A DNA stretch of 64,000 bases from Camelus dromedarius (GCF_036321535.1 NC_087447.1:47556001-47620000); one strand, 5' to 3'; shown: positions 1 through 12,000, counted from the stretch's first letter. Program-made: numbers and translations. Notes: generated by a model from the sequence alone, not told the origin.

Positions 1-105
1 GGAGATGCTCAGAGGCAGCCCCTGCCCCAGTTCTCTAGCCTGCAAGCTGTTGCCTCTGGCCAGGCCCAGGCCCAGAACCTCTCATTTCTACTCCTATCTC
101 CCCAG

Positions 106-177
106 GGCTCCCAGGTATTGGCAGCTACTTACAATAAGGCCGCCCAGCTCTGGAAGGTGGGGGAGGCACAGTCCAAG
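106..177 (+). CDS. ATG16L2: ATG16L2 internal coding exon (WD40 region)
   Basis: Acceptor ctcctatctccccag, donor AAG|gtgaga; encodes GSQVLAATYNKAAQLWKVGEAQSK, recognisable as ATG16L2; earlier exons lie outside the window. Confidence 0.95.
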
Positions 178-283
178 GTGAGACCTGTTTGGGAAGGCAG
201 CCTGAGGGTCAGTGGTCATGGCTGGAGGGGTTTGTTATGGGGTCTTGGCCATACTCTTAATCCATATCTGGGATGGGGGGCAG

Positions 284-404
284 GAGACACTATCTGGACA
301 TGCAGACAAAGTGACAGCTGCCAAATTCAAGCTAACACGGCATCAGGCGGTGACTGGGAGCCGGGACCGGACAGTGAAGGAGTGGGACCTCGGCCGCGCC
401 TACT
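284..404 (+). CDS. ATG16L2: ATG16L2 coding exon
   Basis: cag|GAG...TACT|gtgagg; ETLSGHADKVTAAKFKLTRHQAVTGSRDRTVKEWDLGRAY (WD40 GH...WD repeat); in phase with neighbours. Confidence 0.95.
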
Positions 405-733
405 GTGAGGCCCAGCTCCCCTCAACCCCCTTACCCACCCACCAGGAGCCCCCAGCCTGGGCCATGAGGGAACTCAGCCTGTTCACTGGGAGTGGCTCCA
501 AGATTTATAGGCATCTGGGATGAAATCTCCCAAGGCCACTCTTCTGTCCCCCGTCAATGATACTTTCCTTGGTTACTTGGTGACCTTTGGGCTGAGAAGC
601 AAGGGACTCAGGTTCTAGTTTTGGGTGGACACTGTCCCTCTGGGGCTTCTGGGCCTCAACTTATCCATATGTCCAGTGAGCTGGCTCCTGATAACCCTTT
701 TCTCAGGCTAGGTCTCTGCTCTTTGGTCCTTAG

Positions 734-839
734 GCTCCAGGACCATCAATGTCATTTCCTACTGTAACGACGTGGTGTGTGGGGACCATGTCATCATTAG
801 TGGCCACAATGACCAGAAGATCCGGTTCTGGGACAGCAG
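734..839 (+). CDS. ATG16L2: ATG16L2 coding exon
   Basis: ccttag|GC TCC AGG...AGC AG|gttaac; (C)SRTINVISYCNDVVCGDHVIISGHNDQKIRFWDS(R). Confidence 0.93.
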
Positions 840-1511
840 GTTAACAGGCACAGGCCATGGGTGGTGGAGATGTGGGGACAGGGCTCCTATATTCTCTTCC
901 TTTTTCTGGCCATTGAGCCATGGAGGGTAACTTGGGGAAGTGAGGCTCTGGTGGCCTCTGTGCCGGGCTTGGTCCCTTGAAGGCTCAGCTGCCTCAGAGA
1001 CCTGTGCCTCTTTCTTATTGGCCCTTGGTCCAACCATTGGACTCTGCCTGGGTCTTGCCTACCAAGATGGAGAAGTCTTTTTCCCCTGTAGTCACCACTT
1101 TTTAATCAAAAGGAACAAAATTTTTAGTTTTTTGAACCTAAGAGCCCAGCACTAGGCTTGAATGATTCACATTCAAGCCAGTGCTGGAGCCAGTACCAAG
1201 CCTGCATCTGGCTTCTCGTTACTCATCTGCAGTGATTGCCGTTTGAAACCCTTTCCTCTTTCACACATTTAAAGACAGACTTTCATTGCTTTCCCCCTGG
1301 CACTTATTTTAGTGACCCAAGGGTTTCGGGGGTTCCAGCTTCCAGCCAAAGGCTACCTAAGTTCCTGGTGGAGGTGCTGGCTCCAGTGGGAGATTAGTTG
1401 TCAGCCTTGGCCCCAGGGATTTGAGACTAGTGGTGCCTGTGGACTTTGTTAGCCTGTCAGGAGCAGCCTTGTCAGGGTGGGCTGCTCTTCATCCTTGTCT
1501 CTGCTCCTCAG

Positions 1512-1661
1512 GGGACCCCGCTGCATCCAGGTCATCCCTGTGCAGGGCCGGGTCACCTCCCTGAGCCTCAGCCACGACCAGCTGCATCTGCTCAGCTGTT
1601 CTCGAGATGATACTCTTAAGGTCATTGACCTGCGTGTCAGCAATATCCGCCAGGTGTTCAG
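1512..1661 (+). CDS. ATG16L2: ATG16L2 coding exon
   Basis: ctgctcctcag|G...TTC AG|gtacct; GPRCIQVIPVQGRVTSLSLSHDQLHLLSCSRDDTLKVIDLRVSNIRQVF(R). Confidence 0.95.
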
Positions 1662-1883
1662 GTACCTGCCTTATGCCTGCTGACCCTGTGGCATTGGCTG
1701 GGGCAGCTGGGCCTCTTGTCCCTCGTAAAAGACCTGTTAGCAGGGGGCCCTCCCTGGAGGCTTCTCTGGACTAAGGCCTGCTGAGCTGCCCAAACCCTTG
1801 ATGAGAGAGGAAGTGCTAAGTTCCAGGCCAAGGGCAGGGACTGGCAGCCACCTCCATTCTGACCTGACCCCATCTGTTCTCAG

Positions 1884-1931
1884 AGCTGATGGCTTCAAGT
1901 GTGGCTCTGACTGGACCAAAGCTGTGTTCAG
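1884..1931 (+). CDS. ATG16L2: ATG16L2 coding exon (48 nt)
   Basis: ctgttctcag|A GCT...TTC AG|gtgtgt; ADGFKCGSDWTKAVF(S). Confidence 0.94.
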
Positions 1932-2049
1932 GTGTGTCCATAAGAGTGCAGTGCCTGTGCCTGAGTGTGCCCCATCTGACTGTGTCTGTCGGTGTGTGTC
2001 CCTGTCCTCCCCTCTAATCTCATCTCTTGCTCTGCTGTGGCCTCTGCAG

Positions 2050-2151
2050 TCCAGACAGAAGCTACGCACTGGCAGGTTCCTGGGATGGAGTGCTTTACAT
2101 CTGGAACGTAGACACTGGGAAACTGGAGAGTAGCCTTCAGGGACCCCATAG
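2050..2151 (+). CDS. ATG16L2: ATG16L2 penultimate coding exon
   Basis: cctctgcag|T CCA...CAT AG|gtgagc; PDRSYALAGSWDGVLYIWNVDTGKLESSLQGPH(S). Confidence 0.95.
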
Positions 2152-2450
2152 GTGAGCACAGCCACTGCCTGCCCACCCCAGCCCCAGGGCCAGTCCCACC
2201 CTGGCTCTAGTCTTAGTAAGTCAGTTTCAGGTCCTGACATTCTTGGGATACTGGAGTCCCCAGCCCTTCTCCCATACCTTCCCCCTCCACCCAAAGAGCC
2301 CTTCACAGTTCACAAGGTATCTTCCCACATACACTTGGGTCTACCCTCACCACAGCCCTCTGAGCCCATTTTACAGGTGATAAGATGGGCTCAGAGAGGG
2401 CTTTAAACTGCCCAGGTCCAGTAATAAGGGGCAGACCCAGGGGGTCCTGA

Positions 2451-2570
<120 letters not shown>

Positions 2571-2850
2571 AGCCACAATTCCCCGAGCTGGAGCTCTAGT
2601 CCGAAGCCTGAAGCTGGACAGCTTCCCACCGCCCCAGAGGGCTCCAGGGCCAGTGGGGGTTGTGGGGGTGGGGAGGGCTCAGGGCATTTGGTGGGGAAGG
2701 CCTGGCAGGACCTGGCCTGTTTGTTTAAAAACAAAGTGTGGGTTTTTTGGGGGGGTGGGGTGGGAATTACAGTATTGTTTTATTTTTTATTTCTGTCTCC
2801 TCACTTTCTCTGGCAAAAGCGGAAAGAAATTGCATCTAAACCGGTGTCTT
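2571..2850 (+). other. ATG16L2: ATG16L2 3'UTR (3' end approximate)
   Basis: Follows the stop; no AATAAA seen; variant hexamers TTTAAA (2724-2729) and AAGAAA (2824-2829), the latter followed by a GT/T-rich stretch. Confidence 0.55.
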
Positions 2851-3624
2851 CTTGCCTCTTAGCAGCACTCAGGAACAGAGAGGCCTTTGGGCTAGAGGCT
2901 CAATGAGACCCAGGCTTGGTTCCCTTTCCTCCCACCCAGAGTTGGGGTGGAGCCAGCCTGGCTTCTGTGCTGTTCACAGCTAATGGATAAGACTGTGAAG
3001 AAAGGCCCAGAGGCAGCAAAGGGTGGCAGCTTTTGGAGCCATGGAAGTTTCACCCTAGGTCCAAGCTGGTCCTGATCTTTGGGCCCTCCTGCTTCAGGCT
3101 GGGGAGGGTCCATGTGAGTTCTGAGGAGGGAGCAGGGGAGGCAGCCTAGAAGAGCCCTGTGGAAAGGATCCCAACAAGCCGGAATGATGTCAGGTACTTG
3201 GTAGACCAGGTCTTCCTTTAGACACGTTCTTGCCCCAGAGGCAGAGCCTGGAGTGGTTGGGAAATGCCCTCTGGGTGTCTGTGTGTTGGGGAGGGCAGCC
3301 GTGGGCTGGGCCTGGGCCTGGGGCTTCACTTAGATCAGCATCAGCTTTAATCCATACAACAAGCCTCAGGAGTACAAGATAGACCCAAAAGGGTAAAGCC
3401 TGGGCACTCCACTTCCTTCCCAAACCTAGGGCATGGCAGAGGGTCAGCAGGACGACCATTGCCAGGAAGCGGAAGGAACTTCTGTCTTAAGTGATTGGGG
3501 CTGACTTCTGGGGGCCTGCTCAGTTGAGATTCAAAGGCTTTACTCTCGAACTCTCAGCCTTTATTACCTTACAGTCTCCCTTGGGGATCTTTGCCAGTCC
3601 CAGGGTTTTAGAAACCATTTCTAG

Positions 3625-3865
3625 GATGGGCAGCAGAGAGCTAAGAGCCTGTACTCTGCAGGTAGACCATCTGGGTTTGAATCTCTGCTCCACTATTAAA
3701 TAGCTGAATGATTCTGAGCAAGGTACTTAATGTCTTTGTGCCTTAGTTTCCTCCTCTGTAAAATGGGATAATAGCAGTATCCACCTCAAAGGTTGTCATA
3801 GTATTCAGTGCATTAGTATTTGAAAAGTTCCTGGCACATGCCAAAGGCTATGTAGGTGCTGGCTA
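3625..3865 (+). mobile_element. MIR SINE
   Basis: MIR core-like ctgggtttgaatc...gtgccttagtttcctcctctgtaaaatgggaataatag...cctggcaca. Confidence 0.8.
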
Positions 3866-6800
3866 AATACCCAAATCTATACTCCACTGATCTCAGCTCA
3901 CTCACTGCTATTGGCCTAGCTGTCCCCTGAGATCCAGGTGACATAACCCAGCTGCATCCTGGGCATCACCTCTTCCTGACATAAGCTTTTCTTCCCCTCA
4001 CACCTCATATCCTTTGGGCACCAAGGCCTGGGTCGCTGTGTCTAACTCCTTTCCATTCCTGCTGCCACTGCAGGCTTCCTTCTAGACCTGCTATCTCCCT
4101 ACCTAGTCCCCTCCTTGCCATGGTCAGAGTGACCTTCTAAGGTGCCATTGTTATACATCCAGCCTTTTGAAGTTTTCTGCTACCTGCAGAGAAACTCCTC
4201 ACCCTTAGGATGTGGCCCTGCTGACCTCAGCTCCATCTTCACTTCCTTGCTACTTTGAATGCGTCTTGCTGTGATTTTCTCTGCCCAGAATGTTCTTCCC
4301 TCCCAGGCTCCAATTCAAATTTGTCCTTCAGGATCCCCTCACTAAGAGCCTTTCCTCACCTGCCAGGCTAGCCATGGGCCTTGTCCGTCTCTGTGCCCAC
4401 CCCATTTGTGTCTGCCTCCCTCCATTTCAGTCAGGGAGCTTTTGGAAGAGACCAGGATGGGAGCAAAGTATTTCCTAGAATCAGGCCTGAGATCCACAGA
4501 GAAAGCCTCAGGAAATGTTTATCAAATGGTAATTCTCTCACTTGAGGACAAGTCTAACAGTCGAAGACTTTAGGAGTACTTTGAATCTAAGTCTCCTAAA
4601 GGCCTGGCCCTCACGCCCTGGCTCCCAGTGGCCACCAGGAGTCACCAGCTGCCTATTTCTGCTGAGGCCATTCTCCTGCCTCCTGAGTTCATGGCCAGAA
4701 AGATCAGAGCTTCCAGTAGCCACTATTACTGAGCTGTGTCGGGCCCTGTGCCCTGCGCTTTCCACATAGTATCTTGTTCTTCCCCACCACCTTGTGATGT
4801 AGGTATCTCTTTCACAGAGGAGAGAATTGTAGCTAAGAGAGGGTAAGTGATACGAGATCATCACAGCTGGCATAGCTAGACTGTGACTGTTATATACTTT
4901 TTTAAACAAAATGTCAAAGAATCTAGGCTCCCAATTAGGCAGAGCTGCAGGGCATTTCCCACTGCCCCAGCCATTGGTCCACTGCCTCCACCACCTGGTA
5001 GGTGATTCTAGCTTTATGTCTAAACTAAATCCCTCCCTGCATCTTCTCTTTTCCATTGTGGCTGTGGGTGCCTAGGCCTGAGCCTGGAGGGTTAGTGTCC
5101 TTTGAAGTGAGGGACATGCAGAGCCACAGGAGAGAGGTGAACTTGAATCCTGGCAGACTGGTACCAGCTATACTATCTGGGGCAAGTACCTCACAGGACT
5201 GCAGTAAAGACTGCTTAGACAACACTGAAAAAGAGCTCAGGGAATGATCCGACTCGACTCCTGGGAGGGTGACCTTTCACTCGCCTTAAGTCTTCTCTTC
5301 ATTTCATGGGACAAATCTTACCGCACACCCTTGCCTCACCTCAGGGAGCACATATACACCGTCACTTACCTGGAGGGAATGCTTCCTGGAGGAGAAGCCT
5401 GGAAGGTCAGAAGCAGGCACAGGCATTCCAGGGAATGGGGCAAGCGTGGGGAAAAGGGGTGGCAAAGGCCAAGCAGGGGAAAAGCTCAGAGGAGTGCTGG
5501 CTGGGAAGGCTGCTCTCTAGTCTTTGCAGCCCGAGCAGCAGAGAGGACAGGGGTAGAATCCTGTGCTGAAAATCGCTCTAGGCTTTCCGTTCTCTCCAGG
5601 TGTTCAGCAGTTGATACTCAGGTCTTCAGGAGAGTACCCTGCAGGTGTTCAGTCCTTAGGTGGTCAGGGGCTGCCTGCCTGCCTGAGTTTGTTCCGTGAT
5701 GTCAAAACTGTCACCTTTGCTGTGCACACAGACTGAGGCCCAGAGAAGTGCCAAGGCCTTGTGCAGGGTCACACAGCAGAGCTGGGATAAAAATCCAGGC
5801 CCAATTCCCTCTTTTCTAAAAACTGGATTCAAGTTCTGTACCGAGCGGCTGGCCTGATCCTCTGGAGGCCAGGTTCCAGGTTCTGCTCCCAGCTGTCTTC
5901 CTGAAAGACCTTGGGCAAATCACAGTGGATGGCGTTTCCCTGTATGTGAGACTCTTCCTGCTCCACAGCTCGGGGCCTCACCAAAGGTGACCTGGCTTTT
6001 TTCCAGGGCTACTGCACAGGCATGAGTAGCACGTCCTCTGCCTGCCTGAGACTTGAGAGGGGGAAATGCCAGAGGCTTTTGTTCTGGGCTCCTACTGCTC
6101 CTTGGTCATCCCCCTGTGCTGGGAGATGTACCTTGGCTTGAAGCTGCTGTTCCTGAGCTGTCCCCACCAGATGTGAGCCCCTTGGGGATGGGGATGGGAA
6201 CTGAGCCATTTGTTTCTCCAGTGCCATGTTCTGGGTCCTCCTTGACCTTAGGAAGTTTGAATTGTCTTCTCATTCCTACTTTACAGATGAGAAAAGCTAG
6301 GCCCAGAAGGGTGAAGGGACAAGCCTAAGGTCACAGCTAATCGAGTTAGCCCAGGGATTTGAATATAGGACTTTTGACCAGGCTCTTCCCATGCCCCTCA
6401 CAGGAACAAGTTGGTGACAAGAAGCACACTTAAGTGTTTAGCACACAGTATGGAAGGGTATGAACCCTACCTGTGGGTTCATTTCTGTTGTTTCAGGATA
6501 ACATTCCAGGAAAATACTCCCAGACCAGAGCTGTCCGAAACAGATGTGGCAGAAGTCCTGCAGTTGTGTTTTTGGCCAGTGGGACCAAGGGAAAGTAATC
6601 CAGGAACAAGATGCTCTTTGGCTTCACAGGGTCCTTGGCAGATCAGGCAGTAACAGCAAACACGAGCAGTGTCTAGGAAGAAACTTACACCGGTTGTGCC
6701 AAGTTGTAGGATTTTGGGACAAATTACAATTCTTCCCCTTCTAAACTAAAATTCCAGTAACTTGGTTGTATTTTTTCATGAAAGACAACTTCATAATGAG

Positions 6801-7824
6801 CAAAATACAAAGATTCAGCCAGATTTTGCCATAATGTAACTCTGAATGGGTTAGGAAATAACTGTCCTCACAATTGAAAGCTTTGGCTGAGCTGTGGGCA
6901 GTGAGCAAACAGTGCAGCCTGGGGTGTGACTGCAACCTAGAGGATGGTTTGCTTTGTCCTATTGGAAGGTCTAGTGGCTGGAATTTCCTTTTCAATATCT
7001 GGCCATACCCAAAAGTCTGTGTGTTAGTAAGTCTGTTCTCAAATATTGTAACCTTTTTGTTTGATGTCCTCACTCTGTGTCTAGAAACTGATTTTACCTA
7101 GAACATCAGAGTTGGATAAGCCCTTGGAAATCTTCTCATTCTACTCCTTTTAAAGCTGAGGATTTGGCAGCCCAGCAGAAAGGTTGTCCATCAAGTGGTG
7201 GCAGGGCTACGGCCAGAGGATATCCTCCCACCTGCATCTGTCTGCCTTGTGGATATGGTCTAGGGTGGTCAGAGAGGAAAGGGATCCAGGTGATGTGCTG
7301 TGAATCTGGCTTGACTGCCTTACACTCAGTTCCTGTGATGGAGTCCAAAATACAGCTATGATGCAGAGGTGGGCCATTAGCTTAATTCTGTCCCCTGATC
7401 ACAGATCAGGCCTCCAGTGCCAACAGTAGTCTCAAATGAAAGCAGCCTTCATTAGCACGGGAAGGCAGAAGAAGATGGAAATGGTATTAAATGTGCACTG
7501 ACAGCCCTTACCATATTTATGGTAAAGCACTTTCACACCCACACCTTCCCTTGAGCCTCATGACAAACCTGTGTTAGTGAGAGGCTCAAAGAATAGCGAG
7601 GACTGCAGTTCTGTAGGGGAGGCCGCTGAAGGTGGGGGAGGTGATGGTGAGGAATGCTTGTAGAGACCACCCTGTGCTGCATATTTGACACATCCTTGGA
7701 TCCACAGCATTATTCTCAGGTTTCTGATGACACTGAAGCTGGATTCCCACAGCTGTCAAGTGGGAGCCAGGATTTAACTCAGACCTTCTAACTCCAAAGT
7801 CCATGTTGTCATCTTCTGTGCTCT

Positions 7825-8220
7825 TGGTGGGAGTGTTAACTGATACAATCATTTTAGAGGCCAATTTGGCAACACCTAACAAAATTAAATACACACATAC
7901 CTTTTTGACTCTCAAATTAAGTATTTAGGAATTTACCCAATATTTCTACTGGAACAAATTTATAAAGAATTATGTACAAAGATGTTAACTTCAACTTTCT
8001 GATAGCAAATGGATAGATACAACCTAAACATCCATCACTATAGGAAATGTTTAAATCATGATATATCCAAACAATGGAATATAATGCAGCCTTCAAAAAG
8101 AATGAGGTAAACCTAAAAGTACAATATAATCTCATTTATATAAAAAGGCAATGTGCGCACGTATGAGTTTTATGCACAGAAAACTTCTGGAAGAACACAT
8201 GTTGTGTATGCCCAGCTCTG
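7825..8220 (+). mobile_element. Old L1 (L1M-type) 3' fragment
   Basis: Degenerate ORF2-end/3'UTR motifs (caacctaaacatccatca, acaatggaatataatgcagcc). Confidence 0.65.
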
Positions 8221-8814
8221 GGAAGAGGAGAGCTTTGGGGTCCCTCTCCAAATAGGCTGAACTCTGGTCTTCACTGGGCCAGCTGGCAGCCTCAGCTTTT
8301 CACCCAGAACCCTCTATCCACCCCTGGGACCAGTAGAATCTACTTGGCTTGATTCATTACTCCTCAGGGTGGAAGCTTAGGAAAGGACAGAGGAGTCCGA
8401 GTGCCCAATTCCTAGAAGCTTGTGGTTACATCCTCTGAGGGGACTCAGTGGCCCTCCTCTTTCCCCTCCAGCTGCAGAATCAGAGCTCCCTCCTCAGTAT
8501 ACTCCCTGCCCCTCCCTTCCAGCATGTCACATAGTACTGTCTTCACATACATATCTTTTTTCCTCACTGGGAAAGAACCTTGAAAGCAAAGACCACAACT
8601 TAATTTCTATCTCTAGCACCTAGAATATGTAATACTGGCAGGTGAGTGGCATGAGGGACTCTGTCCCATGGATGGATTAATTTACTTCCCCCTCTCTGTA
8701 TCTGTTTGTTGTAGGGCTTAAAGGAGGGCCTAGGAGCATCTATAAGAAGCATCATATATGTCATATATTTGGAAAAGGCTGTTTACCCAAATCTTTCTAT
8801 AAGGAAACTTAGAA

Positions 8815-10836
8815 AACTTAATTCCATTTTTTAATTATTCAACATTTTATACATAATAAATACAAAGTTTTTACAGCCACTGTAAAGAAAGCACATTTGC
8901 ACAAAGGTGCTCCCTCCGAGCCTGGCGCTGTGCACTGTGATGCTGGGTTACATGTCCTGGAGGGAGGGGTTCTTTTTAAAAAGGAGGCATATATTTTACA
9001 ACTTCGTGTTTTTTTTTTAAAATAAAATTAGCAGCTCTTCCAAAAAAATATTTTAAAATATAACAAAAGATTTCAAATAACCCTCTGAGAATGTGGAAAA
9101 CCCAGATTCAAGGACAATTTGGCTAGCTAAAGAGAGAATACAAGACTGGGTGGCAAGAACTGCCCAATTTAAGCACTTGGAAGATTTTTTTAAAGTGCTT
9201 TGAAGATTTTTAACATGTCAACAAACTTCAAAAATCTTTAAAAAACCAGCCTTTTAATTTCTTTTTTAAACTTAAGAATAAGTTTGATAAACACAAAAAG
9301 ACCTCAAATAGATCAACAGGTTAAGAAATGCAAAAAAACCAAAACCAAAACCCCTTAAATCATGGAGAAGATTCATCAATGGGTATTGTCACTGAAGTGA
9401 TCAACTGAACATTTCTTCAGCTATGACCTTATTTTTGGTCAAAAATCCCATGGGGACATTTGGCGAGCAGTTCAAGTTTTTAAAGATTCTTAGGAGGGAT
9501 GGTGTTTTCAAAGCATACAATGCTTTTTAGATTAAATTCTGCAAATTTGATTTCTTAAAAAAAAAAAAAGCAACTGGCAAATATCCCTTAGTCCCTAAGT
9601 AATGCATTCCCTGTCTTCCATAGGAGGTGGAGGGGCCGCCAGAGGCCTACTCTGGGACACCTGCTGCTGTGGGTTTGCTAGCCTGTGGAGAAGGCTACTC
9701 CTGCCTCTCCCTGTGACGTGGAGAACTTGTTTTTTCCTTGTCAATTTGAACTTGTGCAGGGTGTGCAGTCCTTTAGTCCTTCTTCATGGTAAGCTGGTTT
9801 CCGCCATGAGCCACAGGTTCTTCCTCTCAAGGAAATGTCAGGTCAGTGGGACCTGGGAAGCTACGTTTATACTTGGCTGTCTGGGCCAGTGGACTGGCTT
9901 GGGAATAGAATAATGCCATGGGCCTCCCCAGTAGAGAAGCTCAACAAGGCAAGTATGTGTCCCCAGTTTGTCAAGACATTCAGATTCTAAGGATACTGGT
10001 CAGAAGATTATATGCCGCAAAAATTAAAGTGAAAAATACCCAAATACAAAAAGAACATTAAATCGGCTCATTTCAGATCTGGAAGCTCCATTTCTGCTTT
10101 AGCCGCAGCCTCCTTTCTATTAGTCTATATGATGGACGAGATTTGGCTACTAGTTCAGCCCTGCCATGTTAGCTCCACTAATACTAAATGAATGGCATAA
10201 ATATTGATACGAAGGACACTGTTATTATTTTAAATCTGTTAGTTGTGGAAGAGATGTGCATTAATGCAATTGGTGCTAAACTCAAGGCAGTCCACTTTTT
10301 TCCAGTATGGTTTTACTTTCTCAAGTCTGGGGACTAACTGTGGGGAGGAGCCAGCCTCTCCTGAAATCCCTCCTTCTGCTTCCTTACGTAGCCAACATGA
10401 TCTGATTAAACTCAATCAGGCGAGCAAAAGCCACTTGAAGAAAGATGAGAATCTTTGCCACATCCTTGTGGCCACAGTAATATACTGTACGAGTGCACAT
10501 GATAGGTATCTCTGTGACTGTGCCCTGAACGAGGCCTGGTCTTGAGTCTCATATAAAAATGGGCCACTGTTAGGTATGAGGGCTGTCCCCCTCTCTGTTT
10601 CTAGGGCCCACTAGGATTTGTGCTGTGGTAGGAGAGATGACATAGAAAATGACAACAAAAAAGGCACAAAATATTCAAAATGTGGGAGGAGTCCACCAGG
10701 CCACTTGGTCACATATAATTCCTCCTTGTTTTTGCTCTGTTCGAGTCATCATCATGCAAAGGTGCCTAAAAAACAAGACTGGCCAAACTCCAAGCTTGGC
10801 CTTGATTGTAGCAGTAACAGAAGGGCAAACCCATCA
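8815..10836 (-). other. FCHSD2: FCHSD2 3'UTR (~2 kb; 3' end approximate)
   Basis: Follows tandem TGA TGA; repeat-free and U-rich on the minus strand; candidate signals TATAAA (8846-8851) and ATTAAA (8829-8834) on the minus strand. Confidence 0.75.
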
Positions 10837-10920
10837 TCACACCAGTGTGATTTCCACATCCTCGATTTTCTCCACTGGTCTTCGGTGGTTCTGCGTAGGT
10901 GGAGGGGGAGCTGCCCGGAC
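10837..10920 (-). CDS. FCHSD2: FCHSD2 last coding exon to stop
   Basis: tcctgctcag|GTC CGG...; VRAAPPPPTQNHRRPVEKIEDVEITLV*; ends in a class I PDZ-binding motif (T-x-V). Confidence 0.96.
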   Translation of the reverse strand, partial: VRAAPPPPTQNHRRPVEKIEDVEITLV

Positions 10921-11199
10921 CTGAGCAGGAAACCATCACATGGATTGTCAGTCAACTTCCTGATTCAGTGCCTGAAGCATCCAATCCCCAACCAGTCATC
11001 TATCCAAAAACATGGGCACCCTAGGGCTCTCAGAAATGCTCTGAGCAAGTGCTGTCAACTTAAATTTTCACAACTTCTCACATTGAGAAGTTATTATTGT
11101 AGGTGAAATTCATGATTCAGGTTCTCACCTAGGCTGAAAGCCTCATGAGCACAAGAGTCATTATAGTCCTAAAAGCCTTGTCCAAAGCAAAGGCTGGGA

Positions 11200-12000
11200 G
11201 TGGAAGCAAGAAAGAACAATGTTTGGAGAAGTGAAAGCCTTTCAACATGTCTTGGAAGGAGAGTTGCAAGAGATAAGACTAGAGAGAGGCTGGGGGGAAG
11301 TCATGAAAGGCCTCATTAAGCTGTATTAAAAATCTGAATTTTAGCCTGTAGGCAAAGAGGAGTCTTTCGTGGATTTTAAACAGCAGTATCAGATGTATGA
11401 GGACATGGCTCAGGTAACAGTTTGGAGAAAAGAGTGGACGTAGGCAAGATTACAGATAAGACAGTTTTGGAGACTCCTGTGGTCATCTGAATGAGAGCTG
11501 ATATTGCACTAGGGTACCAGCACTGGGGGAGCAGAGAGTGAAAAATTTGGCTGCTGTCTCTGAAGTAAACCTTTTGGCTGCTGTCTCTGAAGTAAACCTG
11601 GCAGGTTTGTGATGACTCTGTGGGAGGCAGGGCCAAGGTGATGTCAAGAGTGATGCCAGAGTACTGGTAGTATGGGGGTTTTACTCACCAACACAGGAAA
11701 TATGGGAGAAGGAGCGTGTCTGGAAGGGAAGATAATTTAACTCATTTTTGCTGAGTTTTGGGGGTTTGGTACATATATACTGAGTTGTCCACAAGTATGA
11801 AGCTCAGGGAAGAGATTGGATTGGCAGTTATAAATCTGAGAGTTGTTAGTAAATAAATGGTTATCAAAGTTTTGGGAGTGGATCAGGTTACTCAGAGAGT
11901 GTGAGTTTAATGACTTTAAGAGAAGCATCAACAGAGATGGATAGAGGCAGAGAAGCCTGCAAGGGTCAATGAAAAGGAAGGGCCAGGATGTGGAAAGCAG
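11200..12000 (-). mobile_element. L2 LINE fragment
   Basis: Purine-rich degenerate L2-like sequence (tgaattttagcctgtaggcaaagaggag, gctcaggggaagagattggattgg). Confidence 0.6.
11546..11599. repeat. Perfect 27-bp tandem duplication
   Basis: tttggctgctgtctctgaagtaaacct occurs twice (11546-11572, 11573-11599). Confidence 0.95.

Noticed and set aside
1737..2306. 189-aa minus-strand ORF over ATG16L2
   Set aside because: Antisense shadow of GC-rich exons and introns; no homology
2892..7400. Many 60-170 aa ORFs between the two genes
   Set aside because: Expected by chance in GC-rich DNA, several overlap MIR/L2 fragments, and none form a coherent spliced gene
10834..10839. Stop-codon readthrough of FCHSD2
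   Set aside because: Tandem TGA TGA with no CTAG context; an extension would also mask the terminal PDZ motif
10618..11106. 162-aa + strand ORF
   Set aside because: Antisense to the FCHSD2 last exon and UTR; no recognisable protein
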